Part shown: in pieces, positions 12,855-26,600 of the stretch
How positions within the stretch are numbered: the stretch's first letter is position 1
Layout of the letters: each line of letters starts with the position of its first letter
DNA from: Paraphysomonas bandaiensis
Lineage: Eukaryota > Protista > Chrysophyceae
DNA: 64,000 nucleotides
Direction of reading: 5' to 3'
Assembly: GCA_965644295.1 (NCBI GenBank)
Contig: CBFFRP010000096.1
Coordinates: forward strand, 81,344 to 145,343
The notes under the pieces: model-generated
What the model was told of the DNA's origin: nothing
The model's database searches: none
Seen by the model: the letters and a program-made list of their open reading frames with translations, nothing else
Position numbers and translations under genes: made by a program

Positions 12855-13385
12855 AGCCACTATATCGGAACGAGTTTTTAACGCCTATTGCTAAATAAAA
12901 AGACTTTCAATATAGGAGCTCCGAATAAACATGACTTCGAGAAATACTTAATTCAGGGTTTGGGTCAGGTCGTGGTTGTTGTGTGCCTCGTACCATACAT
13001 ACGAGGATACGAGGTGATAGAGGTACATTTGTTGTAGCGTTGTAGCTAAAACTGAAATTTGAGGCTTTATTGTTTCTTTAAGCTATTCTAGAACCTAGAA
13101 GAATTAACATTCCATAACGTATAATGTAGTAGATAGGATTGATTAGTATAAACAATACTTTTATATTTCATATGTTTTTGTGATGTTAATCAGGAAACAG
13201 CTATTTCCTCTTACAACAAGCAAGCTACATATAGCAATACAATCTAGATACCAGGGTTTCAACATCATGAGGCTAAGCTACAATTCAGCCTAGGAAAATG
13301 AAATATTGTCTCACTTTTTAACTCATGTTATACTCCAATATTACATCCTCATTACCCATGGAGAAATATAACCAAACACTTTTTG
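12855..13385. repeat. Direct repeat copy 2 of 10762-11297
   Basis: Sequence comparison by eye. Confidence 0.95.
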
Positions 13386-13611
13386 TGAGATGCAACGGGG
13401 ATATTGTCATTGCTTCTTAGCCCTGATTCATTGATGTCAAATGGTATGATCACTTAAAGAGAGCCAGTGAAAGTTAACATCAGCCCTTGCTCATTAGATT
13501 TTATGACGTGAAGAAAAATCTAGCAGGAGACTATACAACGCGCGCTTATTGTATTCAACTATTACTACCATTAAAAATCAGCAGCCCAATGCTGATTACA
13601 CACGGACTACT

Positions 13612-15947
13612 TTACGCTATCATTTGTTCCTTTGAGCTAACAATTGTTTCCTCGAGCTACAAAGAATTCTTAAGAATATACTGAAGTATAATAAGAATCT
13701 TACCTTGATAACGACTTGATAATTGGAGTCATCATCGGAATCATATCCATCTCTGAGTGCGATTCTTGCCGGCCGGGTGGCTTCAAATGCTGCACGCCTT
13801 ACAGCCATTCTATTAAGGAACTCCTCAGCCAGTTGTCTTCTCTCAGCCTGTACAGCGGTGTTCAGTTGCTGCATTCGCTCCTGATCTTCCTTTTCGAATA
13901 TCTTCTCGTACTTGCGTAGGTTTTTCACGATTAGCTTCTTCTGCTCCACCGACAACAAATCCTTAGGGCGAGGTCGCCAAGCGAACTGGTAAAGCTTCTC
14001 CTTGCGAACTTGGCAAATTGGGGTGCCTTGGAAAGTGTATAAATTGTATCCGTCCTCCGGCATACCACGGAGGTTACTTTGGCGCAACGGAGTAATAGTA
14101 GCAGTAGCAAGGATACGGCCGGAGGGATCCCATACTATACGATTGCATCTATCATGACGGCGGGAGGCCATTGTCACATTGTTATCGACATCATGCAGAT
14201 CAAAGTGTGCCGAATCTTGCTGCACGTACGCTATACAGACTACCCCACCTGCAGGCGACCATATCACTTCATTGCACTGCTTGCCTTTGAGTGAAAACAG
14301 AAGCGACAATTCCTTGGTAACTGCTTTTTTCTTTCCAGCTACCCCGGGGCCGTAAAACGATATCGTTGGTGAACGAGCCTCTCCATGAACCAAACAAAGA
14401 CGTGACCCTGAAGGTTCCCATTGAACGTCCAGCACGGTATCTGCCAGTTCTTCTTGCTCAACGGGAACCTCCGGTTCGCATACTCGGAAGAACATAAGTA
14501 CATAAGAGCGTTTCTTGCCAGAAATCTTAGTCATACGAACGCAGAGATACTTGCCCTCATTCTGCCATACCATGCGCCCGTCCTGTACATCGAATACCTT
14601 ACGAGAGCAAATCGGTGTTCGATCAGGCATTTGAATAATATTTATCATTGCAGGATGATTTCCGAACGCTGGTGACCAGTAGGAAATATAGTTCCCCTTT
14701 GGAGACCAAACAAAATCCAAAGCATCCTTGGCTGCGAGAGACTTCTTGTCGAGCAGGCCCATTGAGGGAAGAGAATATACCTGAATGATTCCTGTTCCGA
14801 GTCTGGCCACGTAATTGCCATCAGGAGACCACTTGAGTCTATTAGGATCCTGGAGCGCTGTGACTTTACTGAGCGGTATGTTGCTGTGATTGGTGTTACC
14901 CTCTGCAATTGTGCATATTCCTCTGCCATCTAGAGATACAATCCGCCCCCTCATAGGTCTCTCCACTCTCTTCCCACCTGGTTTCTCCTCAGATATCTCA
15001 GCCTGAACCTGGAAGTCTTTGTCTAAGGGATTCTTGAGCTTGAATGTACGCAGTTTCTCTCCACTGCGAATATCCCAAACAATAATGGCTTCGTTGGATG
15101 AATGGTCCTGAAACATGTAGGTGACCATGAAACGCTCACATGGGGAGAAGTCAACGAGTTCAACACCGGCATGCATGTATCGCCCCTGCGCCTCGAAATC
15201 TGGACCGCCCCAGAGCTTCACGCCTGGAGGGTGGAAGGTAGCCAGGTAGCTTCCATCAGGAGACCATTGTGTGTAACTCTCGCACCAGTGGCGGGGTTTC
15301 TCCCTCTCACCTCCATACACCAACTCCGGCTCATCACCTTGCACCTGGGTGCTCCAGGTTACCTCAGTTTCCTGCGCGTAGCGAACAACGAATTGGTCAC
15401 GGCAGTGCTTATCACTCAACCAGCTAGTGGGGTCAGGGGATGGTTTAAAAGGAGGAATAGGAGGGGGGCTAAATTCATCAGGGACGGCCTCTAATGTATC
15501 CATGTCACTGTACAAGTACACTTTGAAAATGTGATTTTTGTCAAGTGCATAGTTGTTTACAGTCTTTATAGCATGCTTGGCATCTGCAGCGGAAGGATAC
15601 GTAACAAATGCACATCTGATAAGTAAATAAAATGATTATCAGGTAAGATATGAGTCAATGAAGTCCACATACCCGGCAGTCTTTCCAGTCTCTTCATCTT
15701 CAGGCAGATAGAGTTCCACATTCTGATTAACAGCAGAGAAAACTTTATTAAGGAGCAAGTTTCTGAGCTTATCTATCCTCTTGGTGTCATTGAGAGCCAC
15801 TACAGGGACATTATCTACTACTATAGTCGAGCTAAAGTCAGGAGCGAAGGGGGCCTTATTAATCTCAGGCTCAAAGCCCTCTGGGTCCTCTGTGAGGTAC
15901 TCGGCAATGTCGTTATAGTCAGGCAGCTGAGTGTAGTAGCTGTCCAT
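13612..15947 (-). CDS. EIF3B: Eukaryotic translation initiation factor 3 subunit B, 3 exons
   Basis: N-terminal RRM (IVVDNVPVV...TAG/CAFVTY...NYALDKNHIFKV), WLSDKHCRDQF, WSPDGSYLATFH beta-propeller repeats, QFAWRPRPKDLLS, IVKNLRKYEKIF. Last exon LEETIVSSKEQMIA*. Confidence 0.95.
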
Positions 15948-18088
15948 GGTCTAGCAGGTTAGCTATATATATATGAACAGGTGGAATGAGACAACTGCAG
16001 GGTTATGGAATGGATGAAGGAGGTCTACAGGTGTTTTCATATGTTAGCATCTCATCACGAGCCGTCCAGTCAGTGTATGTGTCGAGGGTCTGTCTACAGC
16101 AGTATTGTATACGTGTATAGTAGCAGGCAGTGTATTCTCACCACCCACATCATCATAGTGTCCTGTATCTTTAGAAGATACTCACTCGTATTTCAGTTTT
16201 TCATAAAGACACACGGTATTATGATATACAATACCACTACAGCCTAATAATATATGCAGCATGTCCCGTATAATGTGATGCAGTATACCGCCGTATAATG
16301 AGATGTATTCTCATTCCAAGGTTTTGCTTGTAAGTTATCATGCATATATGACTGTATGCAGCAGTTAAGAGTGATGTGATGTCATGTGATGTGATGCAGT
16401 GTTTCATTGCAATCCTAATGTTAACAAAGAAGATAAATGGTCTTGATTAGGGTTAGGGATATACAGTTAAAAGGATATACGGTCCCCATAGCTTTTTGAG
16501 GTGCAGTAAAGAGTGTAGTGGCTGTTAAGTGTTTCCGTCTGGTAACTGTCATTCATTGATCACAAACACATACGTGAAACCACTGACCTCACGATTCGCT
16601 GAGTTTTCTTTCTGCTTTATAAGAACACGAGAACTTTCACGCTGGGCGCGGAACCAACTCTCCTTGGTCACTCGAAGCTGTTGACTATCTAAAAGCTGCC
16701 AAAAAATACTTAACAAATCCACCCGATAAAAATATATAGCATACCTCGACTATTCGATTAGGGTTAGGAATTGACTATATATAATCTTTATTTCGCTATC
16801 CTATGTATGACACAATTTTTATTCATAGGGAGGAAGATCAGTGTAAATGGACGCTAAGAATAAGTTGAGAGATATAATGTGGAAGCCGCCGCATAAGTAG
16901 TAAGAGCAAATGTGATATGCGATACAATATTACGCCAATTAATCAGTCGTCTACTACCTTGGCTGACCATATATATCGCGCAAGACCCTGCAAGCACCAT
17001 CCTTCCGTCCCTGTCTTGTTCGCCTTCTCATAGCCCATAATTTTCCGTATATGTATTATGTAGAATGTAGGCCAAACGGCCAAACCAGGCATTTGTTTAG
17101 CCCTTCGATAATTTTTTCGTAGCGATATATTGGCCATGCAAGTAGAGTTTAGATTTAGCTGGTGCTTGCATGGCTTCAGACACAAAGAATGTGCCGGAGT
17201 TTTGATAAATATTCTTTGCATCAGCACTATATTAGGGCAATCTCTCCGAATCAGGCAGGAGTAGTGGGTGGTAGCAGGTAGCAGACATTCTGTATTCAGG
17301 TGAATTCTGCATTACAGAGATGAAATGAAACTATTTAAATATTGCTAAATTAACATTTTATTTTCGCAAGTCAATATTTCATCCATTTGAAGTCTACGGC
17401 TAACATAGACACAGATATTACATATAGTTTTTGGATGTTATATACGACTTCGGATATTTCATTTAGAAATTTAGAACAACCAGAATACATTCTTTTTTAT
17501 ATATTCAAAATTAATACTGAGAATACGTAGGGGTAGTGCTAATCAAGTTTGACATTTTATGAGAAGTATTAACTTAACAACAGAAGGTAACTTATACTCA
17601 ATGCTGATAATTTTATAAATAATCAATTTCATGTTACCTCTACTACCACTCATTTCTCGTACGACGATCTTACGTCGTCACTACAACTTGCATCGTCACT
17701 ATATTCCGTTTTACCGCTATATACTTATCGTCGTTCATACTCACAATACGATTAACAAGACTACAACTGTATACTACAGTAATTTAAATACCTTATAACT
17801 ACAGCTTTCAATTGCTCTCATATAGCAGAACTCAACAGTGCTGTAGTTTGTACTTTACTTAATAGAATGTCTCTTCTATAGTCCTCATAGCCTACTTCAA
17901 CATCGCTACAGTATGAGAATGAAATAAAATATTTTATATGCATTATAAAATAATCCAATTTCTAATACATAATAGATTAGAATGAATATGAGAATGGAAA
18001 AATAGCTCTGGACAACGCAATTAACAATGCAATTTTCAGGTACAGAGAGCATAGTCACAAAATACTCTTTGCAGTCCCCAAAAGCGCT

Positions 18089-20010
18089 CTATTGATTTCG
18101 CTTACTTTTTCTACTGGGGCTGGACTGTGTAGAATTCATTTTGTCTTTCTTAGTAACAATCAATTTGGAGATGTTCTTCACTGTACTGCGGTCAATATAA
18201 TCGCTGCTACTAGTTACTTTCTTCGACGAATTCGATATGCCTTCGTCATAGCTCAACGCCTGACGCGTGAAGTCACTCTCTGTTTTCACCTGCGCGGCAG
18301 GAACACGGACATTTTTCTCGGAGCAGTCGGGTACAGCAGTCATCAGGTTCATGAACAGTTGTTTCTGCAAACGATTATACCCGGGCAGTTTGTGAAGGCG
18401 CGATGTCTCAGAAGTATTGTCAGAGGAGGGGAGGGCGGAGTACTCTTGTACACTCGCACTCATAGTGGAGAGGTCCTCTGGAGTTGCGTCTTTTAGCATG
18501 CGTTCACCGATCTGCTTGATGAGCTTGTTAATTTCGTCGTCCAATTTGTGCACCACATCAGGAAGCTGCAAATCAAGATGATTACGACATGTCGAACAAC
18601 TCATGTACAAAGACATGCAAATAGCCTCGTACTCACCATTTCAACCGAAACTGGTCTTCCACCATCTGGTATGAGGTCCTTGTTGACCTTCTGCAGAAAT
18701 CTGGGGACTGCTCTCCGCAGACTCTCCACACCCTTGCGCATTCTCTGATCTCGCTCCCTGCAGTCGTCGCCTTCTTTCCGAGCAGAGGTAAGAGCTGCAT
18801 CTTTCATGTCTACTTCCTGATACATTTGGCGATTAGAAGCCAACATTTGTAGCTTTCTTTGAGACCGCTCCAACAGATCTTCGATGCTTTGCTTCTTTGA
18901 CTTGTGGTTGGCTAGCTGCTCCTTGAGGTCGGCCTGCACTTGATTGAGTCGCTCTATTCGAGATGACTTGGAGTTGTAACTCGTAACTATGTCCTCGATC
19001 TGCTGGCGTGTGAGAGAAAATGAGCCATCCCGAGAGCTCGATATGTCAGTGGGAGAAGCACAGCTCTCGCCCCGTGCCCTTGGACTACTCTGTATCGCCG
19101 ACTCGTGCCCATCCAGCATTCTGTGTCCCATCTTTGTCTCCAATTCTTGGTTGCCTTTAATTCTATCAAGAGTACTATGCAGACTTTGCCGCACGCGTTC
19201 CACAGACTGCTTTCCCTCCATCACCATGCTCTGTAGCTCCTGCATCTTCTGTTGACGCTGGTCTGTGCGGCTTTTAACAGTTTTGGTCAATACCTCTACA
19301 TGGCGCTCCTCGGCCGCTAACTCGTGTTTACTCAGTCGTAAAGTACTTTCCAGTCCCGTATATTCCGCTTTGGCCTGATTCAATTGCTGTGTTAACACAT
19401 GGGACTGGGCCTTACAGTCCATGATATCTTGCTCCAGTCGATTCGATAGGTACGTCAACATGCTACGAGTTCTCGCCTCTGCTTGTATACTGTCCTCTAC
19501 TGCATCAAGATCACTCTCAATTCCAGCAATGGCACGATTATGACTCGACATATTTTCTTCCTGAGTTACCATAAAACCTTCCAGTACCTTTTTGCTATCC
19601 AAAACATCAGCAAGCTCTCGTTCCTTAACAACATTGGCAGTCCGTATACCATCGTATTCCTTTTGTAACGCCGCTAAAGCAGTGCGGGCTTTTTCCATTT
19701 CTGCAGACTGCGCTTGATTAATTTCTTTTTTCATGTTTAACAGTGCCGCAGCATCATTTTCAAGGAGCTTATCTAGATCGTCAATGTTAGAGTTCATTTT
19801 TTTCCCTCTGGCTCTGGAATCCAGCTCCGCAGACTGAGAACCCTCTGACTCCACAAATTTTCTCCCTTTGAATGTACCAGGCTTAGTAGCAGGGTTTCGG
19901 ATTCCTAGTGTAAATTTGGATTTGGAAATGGAACTCTTAGATAACTGAAACTTTGATGACGGTTGTTGTCTAGTGGACCCTCCACCGGGAACAATAGAAG
20001 TCATTGCCAT
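18089..20010 (-). CDS. Long coiled-coil protein, possibly outer dynein arm docking complex-like; 2 exons (~20010-18638, 18567-18089)
   Basis: 469-aa and 175-aa ORFs joined by a GTGAGT...TGCAG intron (VSVEM|LPDVVHKL); heptad-rich. The family assignment is only a resemblance. Confidence 0.6.
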
Positions 20011-20612
20011 CTTATAAGTGAGTTTCCTTTGTGTACTTTACTATAAGTCACTAGGAATAGTTACAGTGAGGTTATGTTTGTGTATGAGGTGGGGCTGATA
20101 TATATATATATACTCTGACAGTTACTGACTGCAGTAACAGTCACAGTAACCGTTTTTTTTCTTGAAGTACATGTGTATGTGTATGTGTATGTGAATGTAT
20201 GCATAGTGTGGTGTGTATGTACTGCTCTCTACGTATGCATGTCTACGTATATCTCTGTATATGTCTGTATATGGATTAGTCGAGAAAATTTGAGGAAAAT
20301 TTATGACTAGAACATCACACACAGCAACTCATCTGTCCATCTACCTCCCTGGGTAACCCTGTAATACGGCCGTGGACTACAGCAGGTAGGAGTATGTATA
20401 TGATACAGTTACATAGAGATCCAGTGCATGTATATACATATACACAGTACAGAGTCGAGTCTGTGTTGCACTCTCATCACTCCACACAATACACACTAAC
20501 ATCGGAACTATCAGACATATGTAAGGAAGTAGCTGGTGCTGTAAGGTTCGTTGAACATGTGATGCCCTATTTGATCTGATGGTGGTGCATACAGAGCTAT
20601 TAACAGATAGAT

Positions 20613-23600
20613 ATGTCAGCTTATGTTGTAGACGGTGAGACTTGTATACATATGATACCACTCCATATAACTCATTATTCAGGAATGGTGATTGCAAGAG
20701 AAATATTTAACGAGTTAAAGGAAGAGATTTCTTCTAATGCAACGGCTCCCTGTTTGGCGATAGTGTCAATTGGATGCACAGATGACACTTTGAAGCGCAT
20801 TGCTGCGAAAAAGACACTATGCAGCGATCTTTCCATTAAGACACTGGATATATCGCTCCCATGTAATGTGTCTCGTGAAGAAGTTCTTGCAAAAGGTATG
20901 CTGTATGCTACTTGGCATATACATTGATGCACTAACGTATATACTTTAAGTTGATGAGCTAAATATGGATCGTTCTGTTCATGGCATTGTACTAGAGCAA
21001 CCTTTTCCAGATAGCATAAACATCCAAGATGTGGTAGAGAAAATTTCTAGAGGAAAAGATGTTGAAGGGCTACACTCTAGTAATATCGCGCAGCTGACAA
21101 ACACGAAGGTTGACTGGTCTGCTAAGCGGTCGGCCTGGGACTCCCCTCAATCGGATTATCACGCGATGTGCATACCTCAGGCTTGCATCGAGATACTAGA
21201 TAGGCTTGGAATAGATATCGAGGGTAAAGACGCAGTGGTTGTTGGGAGGGCACACAATGTTGCAGTTCCTTTGAGCCTTCTTCTAATGCATCGGAATGCC
21301 ACAGTTACCATTGCACACTGCTGTACCCGCAACCTCCCAGCTGTTATTGGTAGGGCAGACATCCTGGTTAGCGCACTAGGTCGACCAGAATTTATCAAAG
21401 GCGCATGGTTGAAACCGGGTGCAACCGTCATCGATCTTGGTACTACCCGTGTGAACTCCACGGAGTCTACTTTCAAGGTGGTGGGTGACTGCGAATTCTC
21501 TTCGTGTAAGAGCAAAGCTGGGTTCATGACAGCACCAGGTCAAAACAATGGAATTGGTACTCTAGCCTTCTATATGGTTCTCAGAAATCTTCTAAACTGT
21601 ACAACTGCTGGACCTGACACTGATAGTGTTGATGGCGCGGTTGATCCGTATTTGCGTTACGGTGGGGCGTACCTTGGTGACCCCAAAGACACCACGAACT
21701 TCAAGTATGTGACTTTCTCTGAAATGCCTAAGTTTACAGATGAGCACAAGTCAGCCATGAGTCGTCACCTAACGCCAGATCTATTCAATCAGCTAAAGGA
21801 CGTCAAGTCTTCTCGCGGGTACACCCTTTCTAATGTGATCATGACAGGTGTGGTCACACCTCACCTTGGGGTAGGTGCAACTGCTGGGGATGAGAGCTGC
21901 TGGGAGGTATTCAAACCGTTGTTCAACCCAATAATCAAAGACTGGCATGGATATGACCCGGAGACACAGACCCATCCCAAAGACTTGGATCCCTCGAAGT
22001 TGGTGTTTACAGAGGAGCAAAGGAAGTTGTTTGAGGATTTTGTGGTGTCCACTCGCATACGGGCTGCCCGAAACATATCCGGTTACTCTTTACCAGCTGG
22101 CACTGATGATAAAGATCGTGCAGCGGTAGAGGCGGTACTCAAACAGGCATTTGATGGCCTTGATGGGGAATTGTCGGGTACTTATTATGAGTTAGGAGAT
22201 CTGACCACTGAGCAACGGGATTTCTTGCTTGAGAAAGGATTTCTCTTCCAAATCCCCTCTGCAAGGAACTTACTCACAGGGGCAGGTGCAGCACGCTCGT
22301 GGCCTAACAACAGAGGTATCTTTCACAATTCCGCACAAACAGCCCTGGCATGGGTCAACGAGGAGGACCACTGTCGTATTATCTCCATGGAGATGGGCGG
22401 AGATATTCCCTCAGTGTTTACTCGCTTCTGCGCACTTTCTGATGCCCTGGAGGCCTCTGCGAAGAGAAATGGTACGGAACTAATGTGGAATGAACGTTTA
22501 GGCTTTTTGGGTACCTGTCCCTCTAATCTTGGAACTGGGCTACGGGCGTCTGTAATGATTCGACTTCCTGAGTTTAATAAACTCTTGGAGGGCGGGAATC
22601 AGGAGGACAAAGAACTGCTAGACCAGGTATGCTCCGCATACGACCTACAGCCGCGTGGTTCAGCTGGAGAGCATTCTGCAGCCGTTGGAGCGAAGTTTGA
22701 TATATCTAACAAACAGCGACTTGGGTTTTCAGAAGTGCAGCTGGTTCAAAAGATGATAGACGGTGTTTCGAAAGTAATTGAATACGAAACTTTACTGGCT
22801 CAAGGTGTCGCGCCTGGTGATATACGCCGTCGGCTTTCAGATAGTATGGCTGATCCGTATTTGCGTTACGGTGGGGCGTACCTTGGTGACCCCAAAGACA
22901 CCGCGAACTTCAAGTATGTGACTTTCTCTGAAATGCCTAAGTTTACAGATGAGCACAAGTCAGCCATGAGTCGTCACCTAACGCCAGATCTATTCAATCA
23001 GCTAAAGGACGTCAAGTCTTCTCGCGGGTACACCCTTTCTAATGTGATCATGACAGGTGTGGTCACACCTCACCTTGGGGTAGGTGCAACTGCTGGGGAT
23101 GAGAGCTGCTGGGAGGTATTCAAACCGTTGTTCAACCCAATAATCAAAGACTGGCATGGATATGACCCGGAGACACAGACCCATCCCAAAGACTTGGATC
23201 CCTCGAAGTTGGTGTTTACAGAGGAGCAAAGGAAGTTGTTTGAGGATTTTGTGGTGTCCACTCGCATACGGGCTGCCCGAAACATATCCGGTTACTCTTT
23301 ACCAGCTGGCACTGATGATAAAGATCGTGCAGCGGTAGAGGCGGTACTCAAACAGGCATTTGATGGCCTTGATGGGGAATTGTCGGGTACTTATTATGAG
23401 TTAGGAGATCTGACCACTGAGCAACGGGATTTCTTGCTTGAGAAAGGATTTCTCTTCCAAATCCCCTCTGCAAGGAACTTACTCACAGGGGCAGGTGCAG
23501 CACGCTCGTGGCCTAACAACAGAGGTATCTTTCACAATTCCGCACAAACAGCCCTGGCATGGGTCAACGAGGAGGACCACTGTCGTATTATCTCCATGGA

Positions 23601-26600
23601 GATGGGCGGAGATATTCCCTCAGTGTTTACTCGCTTCTGCGCACTTTCTGATGCCCTGGAGGCCTCTGCGAAGAGAAATGGTACGGAACTAATGTGGAAT
23701 GAACGTTTAGGCTTTTTGGGTACCTGTCCCTCTAATCTTGGAACTGGGCTACGGGCGTCTGTAATGATTCGACTTCCTGAGTTTAATAAACTCTTGGAGG
23801 GCGGGAATCAGGAGGACAAAGAACTGCTAGACCAGGTATGCTCCGCATACGACCTACAGCCGCGTGGTTCAGCTGGAGAGCATTCTGCAGCCGTTGGAGC
23901 GAAGTTTGATATATCTAACAAACAGCGACTTGGGTTTTCAGAAGTGCAGCTGGTTCAAAAGATGATAGACGGTGTTTCGAAAGTAATTGAATACGAAACT
24001 TTACTGGCTCAAGGTGTCGCGCCTGGTGATATACGCCGTCGGCTTTCAGATAGTATGGCTGATCCGTATTTGCGTTACGGTGGGGCGTACCTTGGTGACC
24101 CCAAAGACACCGCGAACTTCAAGTATGTGACTTTCTCTGAAATGCCTAAGTTTACAGATGAGCACAAGTCAGCCATGAGTCGTCACCTAACGCCAGATCT
24201 ATTCAATCAGCTAAAGGACGTCAAGTCTTCTCGCGGGTACACCCTTTCTAATGTGATCATGACAGGTGTGGTCACACCTCACCTTGGGGTAGGTGCAACT
24301 GCTGGGGATGAGAGCTGCTGGGAGGTATTCAAACCGTTGTTCAACCCAATAATCAAAGACTGGCATGGATATGACCCGGAGACACAGACCCATCCCAAAG
24401 ACTTGGATCCCTCGAAGTTGGTGTTTACAGAGGAGCAAAGGAAGTTGTTTGAGGATTTTGTGGTGTCCACTCGCATACGGGCTGCCCGAAACATATCCGG
24501 TTACTCTTTACCAGCTGGCACTGATGATAAAGATCGTGCAGCGGTAGAGGCGGTACTCAAACAGGCATTTGATGGCCTTGATGGGGAATTGTCGGGTACT
24601 TATTATGAGTTAGGAGATCTGACCACTGAGCAACGGGATTTCTTGCTTGAGAAAGGATTTCTCTTCCAAATCCCCTCTGCAAGGAACTTACTCACAGGGG
24701 CAGGTGCAGCACGCTCGTGGCCTAACAACAGAGGTATCTTTCACAATTCCGCACAAACAGCCCTGGCATGGGTCAACGAGGAGGACCACTGTCGTATTAT
24801 CTCCATGGAGATGGGCGGAGATATTCCCTCAGTGTTTACTCGCTTCTGCGCACTTTCTGATGCCCTGGAGGCCTCTGCGAAGAGAAATGGTACGGAACTA
24901 ATGTGGAATGAACGTTTAGGCTTTTTGGGTACCTGTCCCTCTAATCTTGGAACTGGGCTACGGGCGTCTGTAATGATTCGACTTCCTGAGTTTAATAAAC
25001 TCTTGGAGGGCGGGAATCAGGAGGACAAAGAACTGCTAGACCAGGTATGCTCCGCATACGACCTACAGCCGCGTGGTTCAGCTGGAGAGCATTCTGCAGC
25101 CGTTGGAGCGAAGTTTGATATATCTAACAAACAGCGACTTGGGTTTTCAGAAGTGCAGCTGGTTCAAAAGATGATAGACGGTGTTTCGAAAGTAATTGAA
25201 TACGAAACTTTACTGGCTCAAGGTGTCGCGCCTGGTGATATACGCCGTCGGCTTTCAGATAGTATGGCTGATCCGTATTTGCGTTACGGTGGGGCGTACC
25301 TTGGTGACCCCAAAGACACCGCGAACTTCAAGTATGTGACTTTCTCTGAAATGCCTAAGTTTACAGATGAGCACAAGTCAGCCATGAGTCGTCACCTAAC
25401 GCCAGATCTATTCAATCAGCTAAAGGACGTCAAGTCTTCTCGCGGGTACACCCTTTCTAATGTGATCATGACAGGTGTGGTCACACCTCACCTTGGGGTA
25501 GGTGCAACTGCTGGGGATGAGAGCTGCTGGGAGGTATTCAAACCGTTGTTCAACCCAATAATCAAAGACTGGCATGGATATGACCCGGAGACACAGACCC
25601 ATCCCAAAGACTTGGATCCCTCGAAGTTGGTGTTTACAGAGGAGCAAAGGAAGTTGTTTGAGGATTTTGTGGTGTCCACTCGCATACGGGCTGCCCGAAA
25701 CATATCCGGTTACTCTTTACCAGCTGGCACTGATGATAAAGATCGTGCAGCGGTAGAGGCGGTACTCAAACAGGCATTTGATGGCCTTGATGGGGAATTG
25801 TCGGGTACTTATTATGAGTTAGGAGATCTGACCACTGAGCAACGGGATTTCTTGCTTGAGAAAGGATTTCTCTTCCAAATCCCCTCTGCAAGGAACTTAC
25901 TCACAGGGGCAGGTGCAGCACGCTCGTGGCCTAACAACAGAGGTATCTTTCACAATTCCGCACAAACAGCCCTGGCATGGGTCAACGAGGAGGACCACTG
26001 TCGTATTATCTCCATGGAGATGGGCGGAGATATTCCCTCAGTGTTTACTCGCTTCTGCGCACTTTCTGATGCCCTGGAGGCCTCTGCGAAGAGAAATGGT
26101 ACGGAACTAATGTGGAATGAACGTTTAGGCTTTTTGGGTACCTGTCCCTCTAATCTTGGAACTGGGCTACGGGCGTCTGTAATGATTCGACTTCCTGAGT
26201 TTAATAAACTCTTGGAGGGCGGGAATCAGGAGGACAAAGAACTGCTAGACCAGGTATGCTCCGCATACGACCTACAGCCGCGTGGTTCAGCTGGAGAGCA
26301 TTCTGCAGCCGTTGGAGCGAAGTTTGATATATCTAACAAACAGCGACTTGGGTTTTCAGAAGTGCAGCTGGTTCAAAAGATGATAGACGGTGTTTCGAAA
26401 GTAATTGAATACGAAACTTTACTGGCTCAAGGTGTCGCGCCTGGTGATATACGCCGTCGGCTTTCAGATAGTATGGCTGATCCGTATTTGCGTTACGGTG
26501 GGGCGTACCTTGGTGACCCCAAAGACACCGCGAACTTCAAGTATGTGACTTTCTCTGAAATGCCTAAGTTTACAGATGAGCACAAGTCAGCCATGAGTCG

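Noticed and set aside
10762-13385. LTR pair of an LTR retrotransposon
   Set aside because: No TG...CA ends, PBS or PPT seen, and the internal protein is RNase H + CCHC of non-LTR type.
16447-16768. TTAGGG telomere-like hexamers at ~16447 and ~16757
   Set aside because: Only two units each; compatible with chance or tiny relics.
16560-17230. Short possible coding fragments between eIF3b and the coiled-coil gene
   Set aside because: No recognisable motifs or consistent exon chain.
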